64,000 bases of DNA, taken from positions 17,818 to 81,817 of the IMG/VR virus record IMGVR_UViG_3300043436_001797, one strand, 5' to 3'. The notes under the pieces are model-generated. The model worked only from the letters and a program-made list of their open reading frames with translations, had not been told where the DNA came from and searched no databases. A program made the position numbers and the translations under genes. The stretch is from a virus. Position 1 is the stretch's first letter. Each line of letters starts with the position of its first letter. This document shows, piece after piece, positions 18,769-28,838 of the stretch.

Positions 18769-20424
18769 ATGGGCGTTCCTGTAAAATCAAACAATACACA
18801 ACAAGGGTGTAATCCAATATCATCTAACTGTGTAATCTGGCAAGGACCAGATATTCCATGCATCACCTTATGCACAGGAGATTCTGTTAGTGACGTTGTT
18901 GCTAAGATGGCAACAGAGTTATGCGAGATAACTGATCAATTAAACATTAGTCTTTTAGACTTATCTTGCTTTAATCCACTCTATCCTACTCCTCAGAATT
19001 TCCAGGATGTAATGCAGATTATTCTTAACAAAGTCTGCGCCTTAGAAAATGGAACCGCTGCTGATGGTACAAGTAGCGCAGGATGTCCTTCTGATTGTAT
19101 AGTAACCGTAGCACCTTGTCTTCAGACACAAGACTATTTGGGTAACACAATCACTACAATGTCTTTGCAGGATTATGTGATTCTTATAGGTAATAGAATT
19201 TGTACTATTCTTACCAGTATTGCTGGTTTGCAACTTCAGATTGATAATCTAAATGTAAGAGTTACAAATATTGAAAACAATACTGGTGGTGGTGGTAGTG
19301 GAAGTTCTTCTTTTAATGTTACCAGCGAGTGTGTTACTCAAGGAAGTGTACCTTTACAAGAGTATATAAATGCGCTAGATCTTGCTTTTTGCCTGTTGCA
19401 AGCTAATACAGGTACTACTGCACAATTTACTAGCGCAGATTCAGCTTCAGCATGTGTTAACCAAAACAGTGTGCAGATGGCTAACCCACCCCAAATTATG
19501 GGTGGTTATCAATCACCTCCGTGGATAGCTTCTCCCCAAACTGCATATCAGCATATACAAAATCTTTGGGTTGCTATTTGTGATATCAGAACAGGGTTGA
19601 CAAATCTTAGAGAGCAGCTGACTGCATGTTGTGCACCATCAGCACCATGCCCTACTAATTTACCTATACCTCAAATATATCTTAATAAAAGCACTGTTGA
19701 CGATTATCTCTATTTTAGGGTTTCAGGAAATACAACTGGTGCAACTACACCAAATGCTATTGTGCTTGGTGGAGAGGAATGGGTGCTTTCAAGATTTGAA
19801 GGTACTGTTGTTCCTTCTGCTACTGGTGTTGCATCACAAATAAATGTATCTATTCCTAATATTACATTTACCACTCAGATAAGTTATACTAATAGCGACG
19901 ATGGAAGTAACCCATTAGCTAGTGTTAGTGGTATAGGTGTTTCTATTCAAGTTCAAGCTCTAGGAACATTTTATTGGAAAAATGTTACAACTAATCAAGA
20001 ATGTGGTGTTTCAGCCGGAAATAATCCAACACTAGTTAATCAATATGCTGTATCAACTTATGGTTGTCCTTCATTTGGCGGACCATCGCCATCTCTTTCT
20101 GTAGTAGCTGGTTCCACTAGTGCATGTAGTCTCGCTACAGGTGGAAGCGTTACCGTATCTGTTATTAGTCCAATTGCATTCTTAAGTGGTCCTGGTGTAA
20201 CACAGTCTAGTATGCCTGTAAGTGTTACTTACACAAATACTTCAAATATATCTGTAACACAGCAAACAATATTTAACAGCGGCACTCAGAGCTTTACTAT
20301 TCCTAGTGGTATTAAATGCGGTACTACTGTTTCAGTTAGTGTTGGTAATATAAGTCAAGGTAATGCACAAAGGTTTCCCGAATGCAGCAACAGCGGTAGC
20401 GTAACTTTACCAGCAGGAACTTAA
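18769..20424 (+). CDS. Putative trimeric tail fibre
   Basis: N-terminal CNPISSNCVIWQGPDIPC..LCTGDSV segment, heptad coiled coil IAGLQLQIDNLNVRVTNIE, beta-rich C-terminus. Confidence 0.6.
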   Translation: MGVPVKSNNTQQGCNPISSNCVIWQGPDIPCITLCTGDSVSDVVAKMATELCEITDQLNISLLDLSCFNPLYPTPQNFQDVMQIILNKVCALENGTAADGTSSAGCPSDCIVTVAPCLQTQDYLGNTITTMSLQDYVILIGNRICTILTSIAGLQLQIDNLNVRVTNIENNTGGGGSGSSSFNVTSECVTQGSVPLQEYINALDLAFCLLQANTGTTAQFTSADSASACVNQNSVQMANPPQIMGGYQSPPWIASPQTAYQHIQNLWVAICDIRTGLTNLREQLTACCAPSAPCPTNLPIPQIYLNKSTVDDYLYFRVSGNTTGATTPNAIVLGGEEWVLSRFEGTVVPSATGVASQINVSIPNITFTTQISYTNSDDGSNPLASVSGIGVSIQVQALGTFYWKNVTTNQECGVSAGNNPTLVNQYAVSTYGCPSFGGPSPSLSVVAGSTSACSLATGGSVTVSVISPIAFLSGPGVTQSSMPVSVTYTNTSNISVTQQTIFNSGTQSFTIPSGIKCGTTVSVSVGNISQGNAQRFPECSNSGSVTLPAGT

Positions 20425-20451
20425 GTATAATAATAATTAAAAAGATAAATA

Positions 20452-21009
20452 ATGGCTTGCTCAAATAATACAAGTACTAGTACAAGTGGTGGATGCGGTT
20501 GTGGATGTACTCCCGCTAGCCAGGTAGCACCTCCATGCGCACCTCCTTGTGAGTCAAAGGTTGCCGGAAACTGCATGGAGTATATCAATGCTGCTTGTGC
20601 GGTAATGAATGATAGTATCCAGCAGTACAGTATTGAAAAAGGAGATACAGTAGAATCTGTGTTTCAAAGATTGATTCTTGCTATTACGAATCCGGGTTGT
20701 GTTACAGCAGCAGGTGTATCTTACTCACCAATTCCACTTCAAAGCACAAATGTTACTAACTCTACTATAAGTATTACTTGGGGAGCATCGGATCCTAATC
20801 CTAGTGGAGATCCTGCATATGAAGTTCAGTATAAAATAAATGATCCAGCTATAGGTACATGGACATCACTTCCATTGCAAAGTACTACCACAGCTACAAT
20901 AACAGGTCTTCTAGCAATGAACTCTTATTTGATAAGAGTAAGACCTACTTATTCTGACGGAAATAATAACACTTGTTATTCAGTAAGTATAATTGTAACT
21001 ACAGCATAA
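20452..21009 (+). CDS. Fibre-associated protein with fibronectin type III domain
   Basis: VTNSTISITW...YEVQYK...W...TITGLLAMNSYLIRVRP is a canonical FN3 pattern. The N-terminal C..I...C.V...GD.V segment resembles that of the 18769 protein. Confidence 0.75.
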   Translation: MACSNNTSTSTSGGCGCGCTPASQVAPPCAPPCESKVAGNCMEYINAACAVMNDSIQQYSIEKGDTVESVFQRLILAITNPGCVTAAGVSYSPIPLQSTNVTNSTISITWGASDPNPSGDPAYEVQYKINDPAIGTWTSLPLQSTTTATITGLLAMNSYLIRVRPTYSDGNNNTCYSVSIIVTTA

Positions 21010-21010
21010 T

Positions 21011-24000
21011 ATGCCAATTTGTAATAATCAATATCCTACTGGAGGAACACCTGCTCCAAATCCTAGTGTTGGTACTTCAGGACCTAACGTATCTATTACA
21101 TCCGCAAATGTAGAAATAATTTATCCTACTATTATAATAAATAATAGTACTACTGGTACGCAAAAACAATGGTTTGCTGCTAATCTAGTTGGTGCAGAAG
21201 TTTTTACTCTTAATTTTTTACCAAGTGATATAAACTGGTTTGGAACACTAAGAGCAGCTAGCCCTGCAGACAATGGTATTGGTAATACCGAAGCTGCTGT
21301 TCTTAATAACACTGCATCTGCTAAATTATGTGAGTCAGGTTTTTTGTATAAACCTGATTGTATTCAAAATATTAACAATTGGTTAGCTAGTACAGCAGGG
21401 GTGGCAGCAGTGGGTGCAGGTTGGAGGGTTGCTACACAAGCAGATTTTGAGCATTTGCTTGAGGCATTAGATCCGTTATCTGATGCAAATTCTACATTTA
21501 AACTTAGAAATACATCTACATCGGGTAATGCCACTATTAATACACAATGGCTTTCTACTTCTACTGCACCACCAGCAGGTGTAACTTTAAACTACTCAGG
21601 TTTTAATGCTTTTGCTGCTGGTGCAAGAGTAATAACAACAGCAACGCCTCAAAGCGGAGGTTCGATTAATTTTAATGGAAGATTTGTAGCCTGGTGGTTA
21701 GGTCCATCAACACCTGGTGGAACAGATAATCAGTATAATGTAACTGGTTTTGCTAAAGCTTTTTATAAATCGGTATCTATCTGGAATAGAGGAGATCAAC
21801 CACAAGGTGCAACAAATCCAGCTAACTCATTAAAATTTAATATAGCAGGTAGTAGTACTAACCCAGGTTTAACCTCTGGGACTTATATTTCTAATGACCC
21901 TAATGTAGGTAACTCAATACGTTTAGTAAGAGATTGGGTTAATCCGGATTGTCCTGATCTAACAACATCAGATGCTTTAAATCCCACTCTTGTAGCTGCA
22001 GGAGCGTATGAGCCTGTTACATTTGACCAGACAGTATATCCATCTATTTGGATAGGTGCTCAAAAATGGGTAGCATCAAACCTTGTAGAAACTCTTGCAC
22101 CAGGTTTAACTCTTGTTGATGATGGTACCTGGAAAACATTAGGCGATAATTATGTACCAGCATATACTTATTGTAATATAAATACTGAGTTGTTAGATTG
22201 CAAACAAGGGTATTTATTTAATTATTCCGCAGGTGTTGCAATAAACAATTATTTAGTAGGCCAAGGTATTAATCAGAAATATAGAGTTCCTTCTAATGAT
22301 GACTTTAATGAATTAGTAGATTATTTAGGAGGTGCATCTGTAGCAGGAGGTAAACTAAAATCAAATACCCCTACTCCGACAACTTATTGGGATGCACCTA
22401 ATACTGGAGCAGATAACAGTTCTGGATTTTCAGCAATTCATAATGGGGTAGCATCAGTTAATAATACTCCTCCAATAGAGCTGGAGTTTACAAATTGTGG
22501 ACCAATTAATAGAGTTGGCGCTACTTATAGAAGTCGTGATGAAAATAGTACATTTCCAGGAAGTTCTGCACTCATAGAGTTGACTAACTCTAGCGATAAT
22601 TCTTCAATTTATGAGGTCCAGAACTATTTAGGTCATGCAATAAGATTAGTTATACCTAGTATACCAGTTACAATAGTATTTGCTGGACCGGGTACTGGTT
22701 CGGCTACAGTAACAGGTGTAGATAGCACTATAACTGATACAGGTACATCTGGATTTGTAATAAGACTTAGAAATGGGGAAGACTTAACTGTTATTGCTAC
22801 ACCAGATTCTCCATATGTAACAGGCTCTATTAATGTAACAGATGGGGTTCCTTCAGGGGTTCCTCAAACAACCCCTATTGCCGGTGGACTACAGGTTAAT
22901 GGTTTATCAGAAGCAATAACTGTAACTATTACATTTACCAATCCTCCTGCACCAGCATCATGCAATCCTTGCACTTTTAGTCAATTAAATTCGGGATTGA
23001 CATATGGTAGTGTCACAGTAAATAGTGTATGCTACCCAACTTTACAAATTGGTTCTCTTGAGGTTACTACATACAACCTTACGGTAAGAGATCTTAGTAC
23101 TTTTCTTTTTCCGGGCGTACCTTTTATTACTAATGCTGCAGGATGGGTAAGTGCGGGTTCTAGTAGTTCTGCTGCCTGTACTTTTACAAACTTTGCAAAT
23201 AATTCACTGTCTAATAGTACAAATGAAAATACTTGTGCTACAGGACTACTTTTTAATCACCATGCTATAGCTCTTATTAATGCTTATCTAAGCGCTAATA
23301 ATCCGGGATGGCGTGTACTTACAGAGTGTGATGCTAAGCATATAAAAAATAGGGTTTCAATTGATCTTTCAGTAGGATGTCCTGCAAATGGTTTAGGTGT
23401 AGGAGCTATTAACGTAGGTGGAAATGGTTTAGCAGGTAATGCATCAGATGAATGTCTTCAGAATGATGATTTCAACCCTTCTGGTTTAGGTGCTACTTTA
23501 ATGTCTGCTGGTGGCACTACTGATAATGCTGCTGCTAATAATGATTCCGGCTATACTTTAGTTAAAACAGGATATATAAATGACACCGGTAGTTTTAGTG
23601 GTCCTGTTAATTCAAATATTTGGACTAGTACTTCAGCAGATAAACAATACGCTAATGGTAGTTCTACTGTTTATGATGGTTATGCTTGGAGAGGTTTTGC
23701 AGCAGATTTAGGGAGTGGTGGAGAAACTTATATAGATCATATTCCAAATTTACCATCTTGGGGTTTTGCTCTTAGACTGTGCCAAACTATAGATACCCCC
23801 TACGATTTTACTGGTACTCATAATGTTAGTTTAGATACAGGTGTTTTGGTAGCTGGCGTACCTATATCAGGCGCTACAAGTACAATTGATTATAACAATA
23901 GTTACGGAACTTGGAGAATCAATAAGTGTAGAGATATAGTTAATAACGTTACTGCTACAGCTGGTATAAACGATGTTGCTCCAGGTTGGGATAAACTTAA

Positions 24001-27000
24001 TGGTACAACAGCTAATCCTGATACAGGTCAAATTGTTGTTAGATTTTCTGGGATACCTGCAGCACCAGGAACATATACTTGGTATCTTCCTATAGGTTGT
24101 GATATAATTCCGATCACAAGGGAAATAATTCCTGATCCTGGTTCAATAACAGATTTAATTTGTGGTGCTGCTGCATCTAGTCTTACTGGTGTTTTATTTG
24201 AAGGTGACGATGCTTCAGGTATAACCTTTACTGTAAGTTATACTGGAGGCAATGGTGGGGATTATGCTGCACAAAGTATTTTATCTACTGGAGTAGCTGG
24301 TCTTACGGCAACTCTTGCTGCAGGAAGCTTTGCTAGTGGTTCGGGAACTTTAACGTACACACTTTCAGGTACTCCTGCTGATGGCGGTACAGCATCTTTT
24401 GCTTTAAGTTTTCCTGGTCCAAATAGTACTACTGTATCCTGCACTGTTATTTTAGATGTTGAAGAAGTAATCCTAATTACATTTTTAGGATGTAACAGCG
24501 CTACATATACTCCTAATACTCCTCCTTTTTATGTCAGTACACCACTAAATGAAAACATTTCTATAGCGTATGCTGCGTCTAATAGTGGAGAATATGCAGG
24601 AGATACATTTGCATCAACAGGTCTTACAGGATTAACCCTTACTCTAAATCCAACTACTGTAACTAGTTCTGGTTCATTTACAGGAACAATAACAGGTATA
24701 GCGGGTCAAACAGGTACAGCAATTTTTACTATATGTATAGGTGGGTATAACGGACAAGGTCAGTTCTGTTGCACTTTATCAGTACCTATTGTAGAAATTC
24801 CTTCAGGAGTAGAGCAATTAGATTGTGCAAATGCTGTATTTACCGGAACTGTTTCATTTCCTGGAAGTTACGCTGCCGGAAATAATATTACTATTACTAT
24901 ACCTTACATTGGTGGAAATGGTGGTGGATATCCTTATACAGCATTTTCATCCACAGGTATAACCGGTCTTACAATGTCAGCACCTGCAGGGAACTTTGCA
25001 GGTAGTCAAACTACTCCACAAAATGGTACTATTCTTTTTACAGTAATAGGTACTCCGAGTGGAATAGGTAATGCTGTATTTGATATTGAAATTGGAGGTC
25101 AAACTTGTCAGATAGAACTACCTGTAGTAGAATTACCCGGGGATGCCAATCTAAATTGCGGAGCTGCTACTACAAGTTCTCAAGTACTTTCCGGACAATC
25201 TGTTAATGGTATAACATTGTCCATACCATATACAGGAGGTAATGGAGGAACATATGACTCTCAAATCATACAATCTACACCAGCAGGAGTTACTGCATCA
25301 TTAGCTCCTGGAACTCTTGCTGTAGGTTCTGGTGTTTTAGTACTATCTCTTACTGGTACAATGCCTGCTGGATTTATACCGATTACATTTCAGTTTGCAT
25401 TTCCAGTAGGTTCACCTGCTTGTACTATTACACTAACTCCTCCGATTGAAGATGGTACAGCAGACTTAGACTGTAACAGTTTAAGTGTTGTTGGTACAAT
25501 TACGTATCCTGATCCAATACCTGTAAACAACCCCATTATACTTTATATAAACTATACTAACAGTAATGGTGGATCATACCCTGCAGCAACATTTACTTCA
25601 GCTTTAGGTGGAGTACTTGGTTTAACTGCAACTCTTGAAGCTGGTCAGTTTGCATTAGGATTTGGACAATTACAATTAACAGTAACTGGTACTCCGCAAA
25701 GTTCCGGTACAGCATATTTTGATATTACAATAGGAGGAACAACTTGTACTTTTGATATACCTGTTGAACCACCTATCGGTGATATAGATCAGTTAAATTG
25801 TAATCCTAGTTCCATTGCTGTTACCGGAACTTTGGTAAATGGACAAGTTGCTTCAGGAGTAACATTTACAGTTCCTTATGCAGGATCTAACGGGGGCACT
25901 TATCCTGCAAATACTGCTAACTCTTTAAGTATAGTTACAGGACTTACTGCAACTTTAGCTTCAGGTATATTTAACGAACCTAATGGAACAGTTACTTACA
26001 CGGTAACAGGAACACCACTGGGTTCAGGTCCTGCTACATTTCCTATTACTGTTGCAAACCAGTCATGTACAATATTACTTACAGTAGATCCTATACCAGG
26101 GACAGCAGATTTAGACTGTGCTAATGCTACATTTAGTGCTACTCCTGTACAAGGTTTTTCTACTTCTGTAACAGGAAATATTCCTTATACCAATGGTAAC
26201 GGAGGATATTATGATACTTATACCGATACTGTAGATGGATTAACATTAACTATTAACGATGGGTATTTTAATAATGGTTCAGGATCTGTTCCATTTACTA
26301 TTCAAGGTATACCCACTGTATCAGGAACAATCACATTTACTAATATTCAGGTAGGTGACCAAACCTGTAATTTAACCATTACTGTTTCAGAACCGCCTCC
26401 TATTATTGACGATCTACTCTGTGATCAAGCGGTTATAACCGGATCATTAGTAATAAATGAAGTTGCTTCTGGTGTAACTATTACAATCCCTTACGAGGGA
26501 AGCAATGGGCAACCTTATCCTGAAGATAGTAGTAACTCTACTGGAATTACAGGATTAACTGCTACTACCCCTGCTGGTGTATTAACTGATCCTACAGGTG
26601 AATTAATATACACAGTTACAGGTACTCCGACTACTAGCGGTGTAGCAACGTTTACTATAACCATAGGCACACAGACCTGTGTTATTAGTATACCTGTAAG
26701 TCCTCCTAACTTCTTTGGTCCTGAAGAGCCCTCTCCTTGTGAAGAAGTTACTTACACGGATCCTGGTTGTGAAGTATTAACTGATACCTGTACAATTCTT
26801 TTCAATGGTACTGAAGTAGTATACACTACAATAAGTACTACTGATCCTTGTCAGGTATCTTTTCAGGTTCCTTGCGATGCTCCACCTAATGAGGTTGCTA
26901 TTGTAACTTTCTTAGATTGTGAGGATAATATAATTACAACTGAAGAATTACCTATTGGTGATAAGTTACCATCTTATCTTTCACAAACTGCAGGATGTCC

Positions 27001-28720
27001 TGGTGATGAAGTTACTTTATTAGACACAGGTTGCACATTTGCAACTAGCGTCACAAACATTCAAGTTTGCTACCCTGGATCAACAGGTTGTATTTCTATA
27101 GGTCCCGGTACACTTTTAAACTCAAGTCTTCCTTTACCTTGTTCTATTGCATTCACAATACCTGTACCTTCACCAGCACCGTTTTATCCGGTTGATGTTC
27201 AAATTGTATTTGAAGGTTCGTCAGGAGTTTTAGAACAATTTGACTTTACAGTTGAAAATTGCGCTGACACAGAAAACAGTTTTGAACCTATTGGTTGTGC
27301 ACTTCCTGGTGACGAAGTTACTTTTACTAATCCTAACTGCAACTTAGTAAGTCCAGATTTTAGTGAGCTGCTTGTAGGAGGAATTAGTGCTGCAATAGTA
27401 AGTGTTAATAATACTCCTCCATGTTCTGTAACGTTCTTGATTCCTGATGAGACAAGTTCAGGTTTACAGGAAATACAGTTTATAGACGATCTTGGTAACT
27501 TATTAGGTACTGAAGAATACTCTGTTGCCGCAGAAGGTGTTGGTTCTAATTACACTGTTACGTTTACTCCTCAAATTGACACTTGTCATAGAATATACTT
27601 CCGTACAACTCAAGAAGAGTATTGTTACTATCAAGCAGATGGACCTTTTGAAGTCGGTGTACCTGTAACAGTTACTATTGATTTGCAGGATTATGCTGAG
27701 TGTTTGGTTACTGTTCCACCGACTAGTTGTGATGATAATATAATAGTTACAGGTTACATACAACCATGCTGTACTAATGAAGATGCTCTAGATAATAGAG
27801 TAGAAATGAACTGTGTACAGTATGCTGCAACAGATTGTGGACTATACTCTGTAGTATGTAACTCATCTAATTGCGGTACGTTTACTAAATCAAACTGTTT
27901 TGCATCAGGTTGTACTGGAATAAACGATCTCACTGAATATGCATTTAGAGGTAATGCAGGGATACCTAGCAATACAGTATATGTATGTTCTGAAGGAAAT
28001 GGTGTTCAAAACACTACTAATTCCACGTACACTATAACTAAGTTGTCCTCTGTTGTAGCTAAAGCTTATGGACTAAATATACTACAAGCTTATCCTTTTC
28101 AACCTTCTACTATTTACTGGACAAATAATGCAAGTGTTGAATGGAATCCTGCCGGAACATGTTCTTTTGTCGGTGATCATGTATATGTTCCAGAAAATAC
28201 TACTACAGGTACTGTCTTAAGCGCAGTTATTTTAACAGTAGGGACTACATACGAGTTTACTTTTAGTATGTTTTCTAACTTAGCTAACATTATTAGTTTT
28301 ACTTCCGGGCTAGGTAACACCGTTTCTGTATCAAGTCCTGGTGGATCTTATCCTCCTGTTGGAACAACTTATCAAATCACAGCAGGATCTACAGGAAGAC
28401 TTTCGATTAGTATCCCTTCTGTAGGAAAAGGTACTTGTTTTCAGCTAACTGGATTAAGAGTAGTTCAAACAGGAATAAGAGCAACATGCTGCACATGTTT
28501 CGGTGCTGAGGTTATCTTAGATTTACCTGAAGATGGACCTACTTCTATAGAAGTATACTATACTCAGTGTACTGATGATGGTCCCCAGATTGCAACAACT
28601 ACACTAACAAATTCTGTAAATGTAATAAACTGCTGTACTTATGGTAGTGTGTTTCCTGTAAATAGGTTTGATGTAGATTATATAACATCACTTGTCTACT
28701 TGATTAATTCAGGTTGTTGA
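21011..28720 (+). CDS. Giant adhesin/fibre (2569 aa): three Fib_succ_major-like domains, about 8 Ig-like repeats, three IPT-like repeats
   Basis: W.A.NL / G.L(Y/F) / (W/Y)RV / N.SGF / IRLV motifs three times (about 21130-23790). About 105-aa repeats with L.C...PY.G.NGG.Y...GLTATL...GTP...G.A.F...GQTC (about 24135-26700). PGDEVT repeats downstream. Confidence 0.8.
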   Translation: MPICNNQYPTGGTPAPNPSVGTSGPNVSITSANVEIIYPTIIINNSTTGTQKQWFAANLVGAEVFTLNFLPSDINWFGTLRAASPADNGIGNTEAAVLNNTASAKLCESGFLYKPDCIQNINNWLASTAGVAAVGAGWRVATQADFEHLLEALDPLSDANSTFKLRNTSTSGNATINTQWLSTSTAPPAGVTLNYSGFNAFAAGARVITTATPQSGGSINFNGRFVAWWLGPSTPGGTDNQYNVTGFAKAFYKSVSIWNRGDQPQGATNPANSLKFNIAGSSTNPGLTSGTYISNDPNVGNSIRLVRDWVNPDCPDLTTSDALNPTLVAAGAYEPVTFDQTVYPSIWIGAQKWVASNLVETLAPGLTLVDDGTWKTLGDNYVPAYTYCNINTELLDCKQGYLFNYSAGVAINNYLVGQGINQKYRVPSNDDFNELVDYLGGASVAGGKLKSNTPTPTTYWDAPNTGADNSSGFSAIHNGVASVNNTPPIELEFTNCGPINRVGATYRSRDENSTFPGSSALIELTNSSDNSSIYEVQNYLGHAIRLVIPSIPVTIVFAGPGTGSATVTGVDSTITDTGTSGFVIRLRNGEDLTVIATPDSPYVTGSINVTDGVPSGVPQTTPIAGGLQVNGLSEAITVTITFTNPPAPASCNPCTFSQLNSGLTYGSVTVNSVCYPTLQIGSLEVTTYNLTVRDLSTFLFPGVPFITNAAGWVSAGSSSSAACTFTNFANNSLSNSTNENTCATGLLFNHHAIALINAYLSANNPGWRVLTECDAKHIKNRVSIDLSVGCPANGLGVGAINVGGNGLAGNASDECLQNDDFNPSGLGATLMSAGGTTDNAAANNDSGYTLVKTGYINDTGSFSGPVNSNIWTSTSADKQYANGSSTVYDGYAWRGFAADLGSGGETYIDHIPNLPSWGFALRLCQTIDTPYDFTGTHNVSLDTGVLVAGVPISGATSTIDYNNSYGTWRINKCRDIVNNVTATAGINDVAPGWDKLNGTTANPDTGQIVVRFSGIPAAPGTYTWYLPIGCDIIPITREIIPDPGSITDLICGAAASSLTGVLFEGDDASGITFTVSYTGGNGGDYAAQSILSTGVAGLTATLAAGSFASGSGTLTYTLSGTPADGGTASFALSFPGPNSTTVSCTVILDVEEVILITFLGCNSATYTPNTPPFYVSTPLNENISIAYAASNSGEYAGDTFASTGLTGLTLTLNPTTVTSSGSFTGTITGIAGQTGTAIFTICIGGYNGQGQFCCTLSVPIVEIPSGVEQLDCANAVFTGTVSFPGSYAAGNNITITIPYIGGNGGGYPYTAFSSTGITGLTMSAPAGNFAGSQTTPQNGTILFTVIGTPSGIGNAVFDIEIGGQTCQIELPVVELPGDANLNCGAATTSSQVLSGQSVNGITLSIPYTGGNGGTYDSQIIQSTPAGVTASLAPGTLAVGSGVLVLSLTGTMPAGFIPITFQFAFPVGSPACTITLTPPIEDGTADLDCNSLSVVGTITYPDPIPVNNPIILYINYTNSNGGSYPAATFTSALGGVLGLTATLEAGQFALGFGQLQLTVTGTPQSSGTAYFDITIGGTTCTFDIPVEPPIGDIDQLNCNPSSIAVTGTLVNGQVASGVTFTVPYAGSNGGTYPANTANSLSIVTGLTATLASGIFNEPNGTVTYTVTGTPLGSGPATFPITVANQSCTILLTVDPIPGTADLDCANATFSATPVQGFSTSVTGNIPYTNGNGGYYDTYTDTVDGLTLTINDGYFNNGSGSVPFTIQGIPTVSGTITFTNIQVGDQTCNLTITVSEPPPIIDDLLCDQAVITGSLVINEVASGVTITIPYEGSNGQPYPEDSSNSTGITGLTATTPAGVLTDPTGELIYTVTGTPTTSGVATFTITIGTQTCVISIPVSPPNFFGPEEPSPCEEVTYTDPGCEVLTDTCTILFNGTEVVYTTISTTDPCQVSFQVPCDAPPNEVAIVTFLDCEDNIITTEELPIGDKLPSYLSQTAGCPGDEVTLLDTGCTFATSVTNIQVCYPGSTGCISIGPGTLLNSSLPLPCSIAFTIPVPSPAPFYPVDVQIVFEGSSGVLEQFDFTVENCADTENSFEPIGCALPGDEVTFTNPNCNLVSPDFSELLVGGISAAIVSVNNTPPCSVTFLIPDETSSGLQEIQFIDDLGNLLGTEEYSVAAEGVGSNYTVTFTPQIDTCHRIYFRTTQEEYCYYQADGPFEVGVPVTVTIDLQDYAECLVTVPPTSCDDNIIVTGYIQPCCTNEDALDNRVEMNCVQYAATDCGLYSVVCNSSNCGTFTKSNCFASGCTGINDLTEYAFRGNAGIPSNTVYVCSEGNGVQNTTNSTYTITKLSSVVAKAYGLNILQAYPFQPSTIYWTNNASVEWNPAGTCSFVGDHVYVPENTTTGTVLSAVILTVGTTYEFTFSMFSNLANIISFTSGLGNTVSVSSPGGSYPPVGTTYQITAGSTGRLSISIPSVGKGTCFQLTGLRVVQTGIRATCCTCFGAEVILDLPEDGPTSIEVYYTQCTDDGPQIATTTLTNSVNVINCCTYGSVFPVNRFDVDYITSLVYLINSGC
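24135..26700 (+). repeat. About eight tandem ~105-aa Ig-like repeats within the giant adhesin
   Basis: Recurring cores YTGGNGGDY, YAASNSGEY, YIGGNGGGY, YTGGNGGTY, YTNSNGGSY, YAGSNGGTY, YTNGNGGYY, YEGSNGQPY, each bracketed by two Cys. Diverged at DNA level. Confidence 0.85.
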
Positions 28721-28728
28721 TAATACTG

Positions 28729-28794
28729 AGTCTAGCTTTTGTTGGTTTAAGCAAGACTGCTACAAAGAGCCTTGGGTAAAACCGAGGCTTTTTG
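28729..28794 (+). ncRNA. Candidate small structured RNA (hairpin with TTGTTGGTTT loop plus terminator)
   Basis: Stem AGTCTAGCTT/AAGCAAGACT (9 of 10 pairs). 28737-28750 is the exact reverse complement of the leader at 5035-5048, and 28737-28749 of the leader at 8232-8244. Transcription not demonstrated. Confidence 0.4.
28763..28794 (+). terminator. Rho-independent terminator after the fibre genes
   Basis: CAAAGAGCCTTGG-GTAAAA-CCGAGGCTTTTTG hairpin with U tract. Confidence 0.85.
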
Positions 28795-28795
28795 G

Positions 28796-28834
28796 TATAT
28801 TTGTTTTTATAATCGACTAAAATTTACTAAATTA
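28796..28834 (+). promoter_or_regulatory. Candidate promoter for the tail/cargo genes
   Basis: TATATTTG (TAnnTTTG) at 28796-28803 directly after the terminator, plus TTTACTAAATTATA, which also occurs near 9386-9399. Confidence 0.4.
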
Positions 28835-28838
28835 TATT

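Noticed and set aside
21011-28800. Diversity-generating retroelement acting on the Fib_succ_major domains
   Set aside because: No reverse transcriptase and no near-identical template/variable repeat pair seen in the window; one elsewhere in the genome cannot be excluded.
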